Assembly: GCA_012295275.1 (NCBI GenBank)
Contig: CM022674.1
Coordinates: forward strand, 8,990,001 to 9,054,000
DNA: 64,000 nt
Source: Chrysomallon squamiferum
Lineage: Eukaryota; Animalia; Mollusca
Reading direction: 5' to 3'
Numbering within the stretch: the stretch's first letter is position 1; each line of letters starts with the position of its first letter. The notes under the pieces are model-generated. The model was not told the origin of the DNA. It worked only from the letters and a program-made list of their open reading frames with translations, and ran no database searches. This document shows, one piece after another, positions 28,401 to 41,299 of this stretch. A program made the position numbers and the translations under genes.

Positions 28401-28590
28401 CTAGACTTTTTGATTATTTTTAAACGTTTTATTTTCAGGAATGAAGAGGCAGTTTGGTCGTGGCATGAGAGGCATGCCACCTCCCCCTCCTCCTTTCATG
28501 ATGGGTGCAGGACCACCTTCTCTTATGGCTGATGAGTTTTTTGGTCCAAGTTTTAACAAACGACCCAGGCAGGAAATTTTTATATTTTGA
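22405..28590 (+). CDS. ZMAT3/ZMAT4 (Wig-1)-like protein with 3 matrin/U1-type C2H2 zinc fingers, N-terminal S/Y/G/Q prion-like region and RGG/RG repeats (~1117 aa)
   Basis: Exons 22405-22423 (MTSGYQ), 24479-27135, 27350-27552, 27800-28122, 28439-28590, all phase-consistent. Fingers: CKLCNMNLKIRSQADQHYMGKNHAKKVR, CKVCDVSFTSVRQSIQHYGGKNHQKK, CEMCCVQVTSQEQLSMHLNGVKHKTKV. Confidence 0.85.
22870..23240 (-). mobile_element. Dispersed repeat family A, longer copy in intron 1 of the ZMAT-like gene
   Basis: Its reverse complement aligns by eye to 21407-21556 and to 60750-60973; TTAA at the terminus. Confidence 0.7.
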
Positions 28591-29691
28591 ATATTTTATT
28601 TGTAACATAAATTGAAAATTTACTCAGTTGCTTGGACAGCATGTTTACTGTTCAGATAAGAAATTTAAAATAATAGAGTATTTCTTAATTGCTTGGATTA
28701 CTTATTTTCTTTTCTTTTTTTGTTTTGTTAAATATAAAAGATTTTTGTTTTTCATCTTAACAAGTAATTAATTTATTTTATTACTGCTTTACATGGTGGG
28801 TTGGGTAAGCAGTTAGGGATGAAATGAAACATGCTGTCTCTAGTAACATTTTTAACATACTTCATAGTATAAAAACTAATCATTCATATTTATACAGTAA
28901 AGAAAATCTTTCTGTTTGGATGTAATAGTAATAATAAATGCCTACAATGGACACAGATTATAATTCTTAGAAGGCTGTTACGCAGTTCAGGATTATAATT
29001 ATCAAGTGCTATTGGCCTTAGTTTAATTTATGCCCCTGATTTTTTCAAGTGGAAAATAATAATTTTCATATAATTATTACCTTGACATAATACAGTTTGT
29101 TATTTGTGGATAATACAGTTTATAATTCAGTGGTTGTTTGTGAAATAAAATGGTGAAAATACATTAAAAAAAATAAAACTAAATAGTTACTAGACAGCAA
29201 GCAGAACAAATTCCAGAAGTTCAGCATTCTACTCATTATTTTCTGATTAATTATATTTTTCCTTCCTTTGAATTACAAAGAAATGTTGTATATCTTAAAT
29301 AGATAGAATAACATACCTGTTGGAGAAACAAAATGTGGCTGTAAGAATCTAAGAAAAGTCACATTTACCCTAGTTGAAAGTAGTAAATTGATCTTAGTTT
29401 TGTCCTGAAATGTAACTTATTATTATTTTGTTATTATTATTATCATCGTTGTCATTTTTTCTTTGACTTTGTTTATACTGGTCATGGCTTTATTATAGAT
29501 TATCAAATGAAACCAAAGTATTCATAACTTCATAATTTTGAAAAATAAATGTGTAAAGAGCTAAACACAATATTTTAATTAATTAATTAAAATATATGGC
29601 AGAAGCATCTAGAGTAATAATATTCCCTTTATTTTTAATTATTTAGAAGATTATTTTAAATTTCCCATTCAGATTTCTGTAAATGTGTATT

Positions 29692-29722
<31 letters not shown>

Positions 29723-32700
29723 GAGTGTATAGGAAAATTTCTTTTCTAAAATATTATCAGATGCTGTTTGTAAATTGGAAAGAATTTAACTTGCTATTGC
29801 CTCCGGCCAAGTCTCTTGGAACCATAAGGAGCAATCAGTTTAAAACCTGTTGGATCCAAAATTACTTGTATTATTTTTTAGTTAATTTCAGAATAGGTAT
29901 ATTTATTATTATTATTATTATTTTTATTTTTTATTTTTTTTTTTTTTAATGTTCCTTCTGTACAAGATTACTCTCAGATACAGTTATTTTGACATGAAGA
30001 ATTAAATTTTACATTTAACATTATATGTGTCTGCAGTTTAAATAGACATCTTGATACAGAGTCCAGTTTTTTGGGTTTTTTTTTAATAATGCCAAGTATT
30101 TTTTTTTTTTTTTTGGAGAGAATTGAAAAAAAGAAAAGAAAAAATAAAGTTTACAGGAACGTAAGAAAGCCTTTTATTAATTTTTTTTTTTTTTTTTTAT
30201 GTTACTGTGATAACAGAATTAACCCAATAATTATGAATCCTATTAGATTAAATTAAAGCCAATTTTTTATTTTAATGGATAAGTCCTTCTTTGAAAATGA
30301 CATCATTTTGACAAACAGAAGCAAATAGACTAAAGAGAAAATTGTCTAGCAATTTTGTTTCATTTGTCGCTAGAGATTTTGGGATACAATTGAGACCAGA
30401 AAAATTTAATAGATATTTCTGATAAGCCTAATAGTTTTTGATAAAATTCAAAAATAAATTAGTGAAGAAATAGGATATTAAAAAGAATAATAGTTTTTAA
30501 TGTTATTTCCTATCAGAGACTCAGTGTTGAATATAGTGAATGTTTGTTTGCTATGATTTGTACTAAACATACTTCATTTGATAAGAATAAATGTTCAGTG
30601 ATCTCCATAAACATATACATTTTTTTCTCTTGCACTCTATTCACTTTGATACTGCCAGAATTATATTTTTCAAAGCATGATCTATGCTTAAATGTAAACT
30701 ATTTTATATATAAATCAGCTCATCTGCATCCAAACATTGTTTAAATAGCCACTTTCTAACTATTAGTAATCATTCAGTTTGTTAATAAGAAATGATTTAT
30801 ATTGATCTTAAAGCATTTGCAAGAGTCAGAATTATTGTAATGAACAAGGTTTTAGTTAAGAAGCAGCCAAGACTTTCTGATATATCTTCTAACATTGGGC
30901 TAACTCATGGTTTCTCTGACTAATTTCCATTCTTGGTTCAAAGATATTTTAAAAAGTTAAATATTCAAATTATTTGTGTTTGATAGAAGAAAATTGGTTT
31001 TACATTTATTTAAGACAAAATTTGAAAATTACATCTAATAGAAATTAAAAGAACATTTTCTTGTTTTCAAAAGCTGATAATATTACGAATAGTAAGATAC
31101 TATTTTTTTTCTTGACAGTAGTAAAAATACATATGATACACCCATCATGTATAAAGATTTGGATTTGTCAGTGAATATAGTAATATAGAAGATATAGTGG
31201 TAGAGTTATATCCCCTGTGTATATGCTGTTCATTTGATCAGTTTCCAACAAGAAGTTAATTCAGATTCAAAACTGAAAGAAGAATATTATCAGTTAATAA
31301 AACAGTAATTTCAAAGTGATTATCAGTTGGTCAGTTTAAAATATTAAATATTCTGGAAAAGATAAGTGCTATTTTGTTCCTGTTGTTGGAAGATTAATTT
31401 ATTGTTTTTCACTAATAAGTATGGTTTATATAAAAAATAAAATTAATAATTTAACAACTCTTAGTGTTGAAATGATAGAAAAAGCACCAAGCTTTGGACC
31501 TTGATTCAATTATAAATCCTGTTATTGTGTATAATGATATTTGTTATGAAACTGATAAATGTGATACTTTGCTGAGTATTGTAAAGTTAAAGTTCAAAAT
31601 AATAATTAAAAAGGGAATAAAAAGTAGAAAACTTACTGTGACATTTAAAAGCTTTATTTAAAAGTCAGAATGCATTGAATTTAAACTAATATTATTAGTT
31701 TTAATTAGATTATTAAAGATCAAAATCCAGATTTATTTTTTGATTTATTCTTTTTTTTTTTTTTTTTTTGTAAAAACTAATTTAAAGTTGTGGTTAGAAG
31801 ATTTATTAGTTAACTAATTAAATCTGTAATAAATTTGAACAAACAAAGATATATCAGTCCCTTATAAAAGGCTTCAATTCTGGTTTAAAATATAAGAGTA
31901 ACATTTTATTATGGTTATATAGCTTTTTTCTGTTATTTATTTTTAAAAATTACAAACATGTTTTCAGTTCTTTTTGATGTTCTCGTACAAGAAAACATTC
32001 TAAAAAGTAAGCTAGTAATAAGTTTGGAACTTATATTACCTTGATGTTATACTTTCTAGAAGGGTTCATTCACTGGATGATTTATCCACAGACATTGCAT
32101 ATATACATACACACACACACAGTGAAAAAACAACCTTTGACTAACCCAAGTTCATTTCAAGGACACTTCAGCTGTTGTTAATCTATTATGAACAAAATTC
32201 TATCTAATCTGGATGCTATATACTTTGGATTCCAGGTATAAATTTCGGTCCAAAAGAATAATTTATATAGTAATTAGCTTTGACAACACCAGACAGTTTT
32301 GCAAGTATGATTACTTCTTAAACAATGACAGCAATTAACACATAATTAGAATACTGCATGAGATGAAATGATTGCAAATCTTTGAAGCTTAATAAACAGT
32401 AATGCCATGCTTCTTGTAATTTCTATAATGAAGCTAGATGAACAAAAAAGTGGCTACTGCTTATTTTTCAAAGGTAATTGAGAGCATAATTACATGAAAA
32501 ACACTGGCAGTGAAATAGACATATGGGTGACAGCACAGAGGAGTTACTATTTTGTTTTATTTCTGTTTTTGTTGAAGACTTAAGATTAAATGTTTTTGAA
32601 GTCAAGGAAGAATAAATAATATATTATTGCTTTTTTTTTTTTTTTTTAAGACAAATATATAATAAACATTAGCAAATGAAAGATCTTTTTAAAAATGTTT

Positions 32701-33961
32701 TGGTTTGATAAGAAAAAATAAAGATTAAAAGAAAATTATTAAAGTTTAACAGGATAATATTGATAACGATTTGGGAATTTAAAATGTGGTAAATTACAGT
32801 AAAAAAAACTCACTAGTGGATTAATTATCCAGAACTAAATTTTGGTTGTGGATAAACTGGTGGACTAAATGTCTGTGGATCACTTATCCAAGGGATGTAA
32901 CTGCATTCTCCTCATTTAACAATATTCAACAAAATGTTGTTCAGAAATAAATCTCTGTTTATTATTATTATAATTTATTTATTTATTTATTTATTTATTT
33001 TATTATTATTATTATTTTTTTAATATATTAAAATTTGGAAATACATAACCACCAGATGTTTATTTTAATTAGGGTATAAAAGTTGCAAAGGTGACAGAAC
33101 ATTAGTATGTTTATAAAAATATGAGAACTGTTGGATTTATTCTACAAACATTTTAATAACAGATATTATTGATTTGAAAGTTGAAATTTAAATGTATTTC
33201 TTTATTGTGAAGTGGAAGTTTAAAATATTAATTTCTGAATCCAGTTTACAGCTGTAACTGTTTCTTTTTTCTTTATTTTTCAAAAAGCATTTCACTTTTT
33301 GAAGTTATGTATCAGTTCAGAATAGTTCTTAATATGTAAATTATATTAATTCTTTTTTAAAAACAAATTTCATAAATAAATATTTCCATTCCCAGGTAAA
33401 CAAACATTATACATTATACGCATATATATGTACATAATACGTACAAAAATGTTGTTTTCATGGTAACAAGTATAAATGAAAAGTGTAATAGTTTATTCTT
33501 AACATGGACGTAATCTATGATTTTGTTGCCATGGAAATAGTTTATGCTTTCAGCTAAGAATATTGGATATATTTAAATGTATATTTCTTATTCTTTTGAT
33601 GAAAATTGGCAGGAATGGCAAAAAGGGAAAAGAAAAATAATGTTTATGTATTATTGTCATAATTACAAAAGGCAGCATTTTTAGAAATATGTGACATCTG
33701 TTATAGTGACTTATAATTAGTAAATTAAACTGAAAATAAATCATTCAGGTACATTTGTTTGTTGTACATTTAACAATGTGGTTTTGCAACTTAACAAATT
33801 TTTAAGAAATTAGCAGTAATAATTATTTGCATATTAAAATACTTTAAAAATATTTTCACATTAGTATTACATATTACATGTATTTCTAATATTCATAAAA
33901 CTACTGTAATAAATCAGGAGGTACAAAAATCTTAACATAAAGAGATATGTTTAATTTACAG

Positions 33962-33980
33962 GCGGGGTTTTTTCCACTAA
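33962..33980 (+). CDS. Candidate terminal coding exon of the ZMAT-like gene (RRGFFH*), reached through a GC-AG intron
   Basis: TTAATTTACAG acceptor. A phase-2 join to CCC AG|GC at 28568/28569 gives ...NKRPRRGFFH-stop. Long T-rich UTR-like sequence follows. Confidence 0.45.
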
Positions 33981-36055
33981 GTTGTCTGCTTAGTTTGACA
34001 TCACAGACAAGCTGCATTTTGATTCAACCAGCAACAGCAAGCCAAGAAGATTAATTAGCAGTTTTTGTAATAAGTTAATTCTGCTGTAACATAAAAATTG
34101 ATATGACACTGTAGAAAAATATGCTGTAAAATATAGACCAGGTTTTGTTTAAAAGCATTCTTTTATTTATTTATTTTTGTTGTTTTTTGCATTGTCCTTA
34201 CTAGGTATTATTATTCCTGTGGTTTGAACAATATCATATTTACTTCAGTATATTTCATAATCCTTTATAACATTTTACTGAATGTTGTTTATGTTGTGTT
34301 GGTACACTAAAATTGTCTATCTTTATTTATTGGTAAAACCAAAATTTTAATCTGAAAATATCTTTAGAAAAACATATGTGTATTCTCTCGATAGAATAAA
34401 ATAATATTTTAACTTTGTCGTTTGTTTGTTACACCTAAATTAGCCTCTGTTTTAACTAAATAAATGAAGAAGATCAATCAGACCCTTAACACAGTTTTGT
34501 TTATATCCCAGGTAAATACGTTTATGATTTCTGTTAAGTATGTATTTTGTAACATTTCTTTCAAACAGTTATCTGGCTATTCATAGGTACACAACATTAA
34601 GCAGAAATACAACTGTCTAGAGTGATTAAACACCAGATATTATTTTAAGATATTACAAGTATGAAAAATAAAACTGTACAAAAAAAGAGGGAAAATCTGA
34701 TTAATTTTAGTATTGACTTTCTATTCACACATATATTACGTGAAACAGTGTTAAAATGATCAGGCACTGAACGTATGTAAAAAGTACTTTGTAGAAGGAT
34801 AGTTGAATTACTCTTGATCATTTATTGGTTGTAAATAGAAAAATTTTCATTTCATTAGTGTTAGTGGTTTGTAATTGTTGTTATCTGTAATTATGTTGTT
34901 CTTTTCCTGTAATTATATATTTTCAGATTTTCATTTTATAGTAATTATGCTTTTTAAAGTTGTTCAAAATACTAATACACAATTTGACTGTTACTCCATT
35001 TATTGTAATTATTTAAATTCTTTTAATGAAACAATAAATCAAAATAAGGATAGATGAGATCCCAATTGTTTTTTTCCCCCATTCATTAATGAGATAAAAT
35101 GTTTATTTTTTCTTACATTAGAAGTTAATTGTTCTCATTTGATTGGTATTGTATTTGTCATTTGTTAATGTTACATTAAAGTAATAATGAAAAACAAGAA
35201 GTAGTAGTAGTTTTGGTCTTAACTTTCAGAAGTAAAATTACCATACTGAAATAATGTATAAAAAAGTTTCTTCATAAGTTCAGATTTTATATCATTTTAA
35301 TGTTTTAGATAAGAATCAAAATTTTATATTAATAATCACCCAATTCTTAATACTTAATGTCAGTTTGAAGAATTCATTAGATTTCCATCTTAATTTTATA
35401 AATTTACACTTAGCATTGGTTATCATAATTCATAGTAAATAAATTAATTGATTAGAAAAACAGAAAGAAATGAAAGCCATTTTTTATTCTTTTTCAGCTG
35501 ATAAATTAGAACAATTCATTTGTAAAATATCTTCATTATCATACCTTCATAATATTTAACAAACTGAAATATTTTAAAGGTGAACTGGTTTTGAAACAGT
35601 ATCATTGGTAATGGTTTGCAAACTACAATAAAAAAAAAAATAATTTCATTATTTTGCTTCTCAATTTTTGTACATATCTAGGATTTATATATGTAAAAAA
35701 AACTAGTAACCTGTCTGGAATAACATATTTTTGGTTATCTAGCAATATGTTAAAGAAAATAGATTATTGAGAAATGTTCATCATATTCTTCAAAATGAAT
35801 ATAATGAAGAAAACTTTGAATTTCATGTCTTTGCCATTTAATTTGAGATGGTAAATTGACTGTATGGCAGTTAAAAAAAGAAAAATCTATGCAATAATGA
35901 TTGATACTAAATCAGAAAATGTGACATTCTTTAATGTATCAAAATTCATATAGTAATAATTTATTCATTTTTTGTTTATCTTCAGTAATTATTATTTACA
36001 TAAACTCTTCAAATTTACCTACTTTTAGAAAAATGGTCATTAAAAGAAATGTGTT

Positions 36056-36103
<48 letters not shown>

Positions 36104-38737
36104 CATTTTTTTTTCATTCATTTGGAAATCTGAATATAACAATATTGCTTCACATTTCTGAAAAATTTATAAATAATAACAAGAACTATCATTTTTACAT
36201 TATTATTATAATTACAATTATTATTGTTATAATTAAATTTTGTTATTTTTTTATTTTTCCTTTTATATAGGGTGAAACTTAAGACAGGATCTTTTCTTCT
36301 TTTTTTTTTCTCTTCCAGTAAAGTATAAAAATAAAAAGAACTAAAATAAATATATAAAAGCAATAAGAAACAACTTATTGACATCTAGTATAACATTAAT
36401 ACATTTAATTTTTTTTTTTTTTTTTTTTTTTTAATTTTGTATTGTTAAAAGAATTCTCACAGTCAAGCCCTATGGTTAGCAATATTCATTTTAAAATTTG
36501 GACTACAGTATTATTATTTTATTTTTATTTTGTTAGTCGTCCCTTTTTATTTATTTTTATTTTTTTCCACATGTTATTATCATATTACTTTATTTAAAGA
36601 GAATTATTATAGTACTGTTCATTTATAGTTAAGATATTTATGTTTATTTCAATTTTAATTTTTAAGAGATTATTGGTAATTCTGTTATTTTCAATATGTT
36701 TCAGGGATGAGGCAGGTTTGTTAAAGTTTTTAAAAATCTGACATTAAGTCCTTGAAAATGTCAGAAATCTTTATACAATTAGAGATGCACACAAACTGTA
36801 TTTTATGTTTATATTTATTTTTGTTAAAATAATTTAAAGAAGTTATAAAGTTTAGACAGATCTTGCAGCAAATAATGCTTCTCTTTTAAAATATCTGAAA
36901 TTTGTATAGAAAGAATCTTTTAAAGTTTTATTATTCTACTCTTTTTTATTACACTGTATCAAAATGTTTATACTCATTCTGTTAATAAAATTGTAATTTT
37001 CTGAGAAATTATGGCTGTATTTCAGTTGTGTGTGTGTGTGTGTTGAAGAATTGTTGAATATTGTGTATTTCAGTATATTTGTAAAATCACCTGTACACAA
37101 ACTTTAAATTACCTTCATAAAATCATGTAACTGAAAACAGGTTTGATGCTAATTGTTTCAGATTAGATCATGTTTCTTTAGTATGGTTTGTTTGCATATA
37201 GAATCAGTTATGTACATTTTCAAAATTGGAATCTCTTCTTTTTATTCATTTGAGTATTGTAAGTTAACAGAAAATGTTACATTTTAAAAATAAATATTTT
37301 GTTTTATTTTAATATTTTTCTTTGGCATGTCAATATTAATAAAGAATATATAAACAGTTGGTTTCCTTTCTTCTTCACTAAACCTGCAATATCTTCTCTC
37401 TTTATAAAGAACAAACATTTAAATCAAATTTAAAAAAAAAAAAAAATTAAAACAACAACAAAGCAATAAAAAAACATCTCTTAAAACAACAGTTAATAAT
37501 AAAAATTATTTACAAATAATAATCATGTCCAACAAAACATATAAACAATTTTTTTTTAAATAATAAATCTTGAAAACTGGATGGTTAATTTGTGCATTTT
37601 CTAAAAGAAACGGCTCTTAACATTCTAGAAATATTTTAAAAATTCCAATTTCTCTTTGATTGGAGTCTTAATTTTTATTTATTTATTGTTACTTTGAATA
37701 CAAAATATAAACTGCTGTTTATAAAGGCTTTCATTCAGTGTATAGTTACGTTTGAAAATTGTCCTCACATGTACTTGAAATACTCTGTATCCTTCTGAAT
37801 GGCCACAACATAATAATGCTTGTAAAATTCCTATTACTGACAAATGCCCATTTTTATTAGTTATGTTATTTTTATTTTATATTTTAATCTAGTATTTTAC
37901 AATTATATTAAAAATTTATAATCATCATTTACTTAGATTTTACAGTGTTTTTCTTAATTAAAAATCTTTTAAAGAATTCTGTTAATAAGCAGTTAATGGA
38001 ATTTTTAATGATAGTGATAATGGTTTAATTTATTATCATAATTCTGTTGTATTTTAATTTTAATGGAGAGGTTCTCTACATGAGGTAGGTGTGAGACTAA
38101 ATAAAAATTGTGCTGTTCCTTTAATTGTTTTGTTTTGATGTAAAAAATATTTCTTAATACAGCTTGGATTTTTGATCCAATTAAATTAAAAGAAAACATT
38201 TTTTTAAAAACAAAGAAAAAAAACAAGAAAAAGAACTGTTTTTATTAAAGTAAAGACAAAGTATTTAGCCTTTTTTTATAGCAACCAGTTTTTAGTCTCT
38301 GTAGACATTAACTGTCTCAGTGTATATCGATTCATTTAAAGACATACTTGGAGGACATTTTAGTTCATGGTTATTAGTTTTACACTTTTTTTTTTTAATT
38401 ACTATATTACAAATATGGTTAATTACGTATTTAGGCCTTATTAATTTTATATTAATTTTTGTGCTATTATTATTATTTTTAATGTTTGAATAAAATATTC
38501 TTTTTTTTTTTTTCATTGTTATATAAGATATATAACTTCATTTAAGATCTGTAGACATCTTTTTAGGACTGATAAATTGTGCAGAAACAGTTTTCCTGCA
38601 GAAATTATCTGCTTTCATTTACTCAATATATATTTTTAGTGGACAAATTTTTAATGTACATGTGTGGTATGAGCCAGATTCCATTTTCTGTAGTTGTAAA
38701 CAGAGCTGTGCAGCTAATACATTGGTGGAATAGCTCT

Positions 38738-38882
38738 GACATGTAGTTACAACGAAGTGATCTTTATGGACATGTTTGACGTGACATGTATAAAGTTACA
38801 TCGAAGTGATCTGTATGGACTTGTTTAAAGTTACAATGAAGTGATCAGTGTGGACATGTATAAGGTAACAACGAAGTGATCT
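38738..38882. repeat. Minisatellite, about 4 degenerate copies of ~35 bp
   Basis: GTTACAACGAAGTGATCTGTATGGACATGT-like unit repeated. Confidence 0.85.
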
Positions 38883-41299
38883 ATTTCTTCCATTGTAAGG
38901 TAATATTTGTGTCAACTATTTAAAACTTTCATCAGTTTTATAGCTTTGTTAATAATATCAACCAGACAGTACAGAAATGAGATGAAACAAGCTGATAGTT
39001 GCTGGTTTCTCTGTCTTGTCCTTAATCCATGATAAATCTCATTCATTGAGTTATGAGCTGATCTTTTCAATTTTTAATCAGTCTGATATATTGCAATTTT
39101 CCACTACAACAAAAATAAATACGTTTTTTTTCTAAAAATATAAAGAAAATATGCACCTTTTTTGAAAGAAAAATATTATTTCTTTTTGTTTTTTATTTGA
39201 GAACTGATAAAAATAAAAAGTAATTTGTAAGATAACTGTTTTATATTCCCACATAAAAGGGTTATATTAAAATCTGACATATATTCATTCATTGTCATAA
39301 TATCTCAAAGATGGGTAATTAAATTCATTGTTATATTGACAAGAAACTAACAAGAAATTCAAAAGTTATAAAAAGTATTTAGAAAAATTAGAGAATTCAG
39401 TATTGCTAGGATAACATTTTAAATTTGTATTAATCATGTAGCTTTTGTTTGGTAAGCAATAATTATTATGGATTTACTTTCACATTGTATACTTGTTTGT
39501 TTTTGTTTTTGTTTTTTCATTGTAAATCCATAATCAGCTGTAGATTTTAAAATAACAAATTTCAGCAATTTGATTATATTATATTACTTATTTATTTGTT
39601 TAAATTTTATTAATTAAATAAACAGTGACAGGCATATGTTGACAAAACTTTTGTTAGTGCTTGGATCCAGATGAATGTTCGTTCTGATTTTTTTTTTTTT
39701 TCTGCTGTAATAATCAGTTATTATAATGATTAATGGATCCATAAAACATTTTTTTTACAGTTTTTTTTTTTTTTAATTTTTAATATTTTTTATTGCTGTT
39801 ATTATTTCTTACAATGAAATAGTATTCAGCTGATAGCAATATGAATGAGTTTCAGCATTGGGTTAAGTCAGGCAGTTGAATACAGGAACTTTTCTCTTGT
39901 ATTTAGCAGTACTGTGAGAATAACTATTATCAATAACTATAAGGTATATGATACATATTCCATACAGCTGCTAATGTTATTGTATTTTACAACCACTTTG
40001 AATAAACAACCAGCCAAAAGATATTTCATCATTATAGTTTTTCTCTAAACAGTTAATCTATATCTTATACCTTAAAAGGTACAATTATTTTCTCAAGCTA
40101 ATCTTTTCAAGTTATTATTTTTTAGTTTATTTTATTTATTTATTTATTTGTTAGATTAAAAAGTGTAATATGGTATAAATCACAAATATTAGTGTATTTG
40201 ATGTATTCAAAGCATTCTTTATTATTGTATTACAAGGCTGAATTAGTACTGAAAACATTTTTTTTTTTCCTTAGTTCAGCGCCATTTGATAAATTAATGC
40301 AAATATTTCTCAGTTTGAAATAACTCTGATAATACAGGTATGGAACCATTTATCCTGCCAACTTTTGGGCTGAATATGGTTCAGATTTGTGGATGCAAGC
40401 TAAATATACAGATGTATTTAAAATATATAACAATGAAGAATAAAAGTGTACTTTATAGATACAATTTGGTAAACTCTTAAAGCAGTATGTTTTATAATTA
40501 TTCCCACTCAAAGTTCTTAAACTGGGATATACAGGATCAAAATTAAATGAAAATGATAAAGAACATAGTTTTATGTAAAAGTTAAGGTACAAATTAATAC
40601 ATTTCTTGATATTAAAATTCTTAATACCATGTTTAATATATTGGATGAAAATTAAATGAAGAAAAATAAAGAGCATTATTTTATTTAACTGTTTCTCGGT
40701 AAACCTGTATAGATCTATAATTATGATTTCTACAGAGCAACAGTCTCACATAAACTGACGTTGTTCAGTGTGCACATAATGGAAACCAAAACAGTATGGC
40801 CAAATGGCAAACTGTAGCATTTCAAATTTAAAAGTAGTCAATATTTTTAAAAAAACAATACAGCTGTTTTTCTGGATTTGCCAGATTTCTTGAAGCCAGA
40901 TAAATGGTTTGGTACCTGTAATTTATTTTCTCAAATTAAAAAAAAGAAAAGAAAGAACTTTACAAGAATTATTAATAAATATAAAAATATTTTATTTAAA
41001 AATAATAAATATGATATCTTTTGGCCTATTAGTTTTTATTTGTCAGTGCTTTTAAAAATAATGGTATTAAATTATTATAATAGAAATTTTTATTTTAGGT
41101 TCATTGGATATTAAAAATGTGGATTTGCTTCAGTGAGCTGCTAGAAAACTTGAGGCATCAGACAGTGAGTTAAGAAAAAGCCTTTAAAGGTAGGTATAAA
41201 CAGATTGTAGTTTTTAATTATGGTAAACTCATACTGTGGTAACAAAATGAATTACATCCAACTTTTCACCATTCATGTCTAGTAAATCTCTTAGTAAGT

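Noticed and set aside
30780-32620. Possible hAT transposase relic (YIPCVYAVHL, TLDSRYK)
   Set aside because: Only two short, degenerate motifs and no TIR/TSD; too weak without a profile search.
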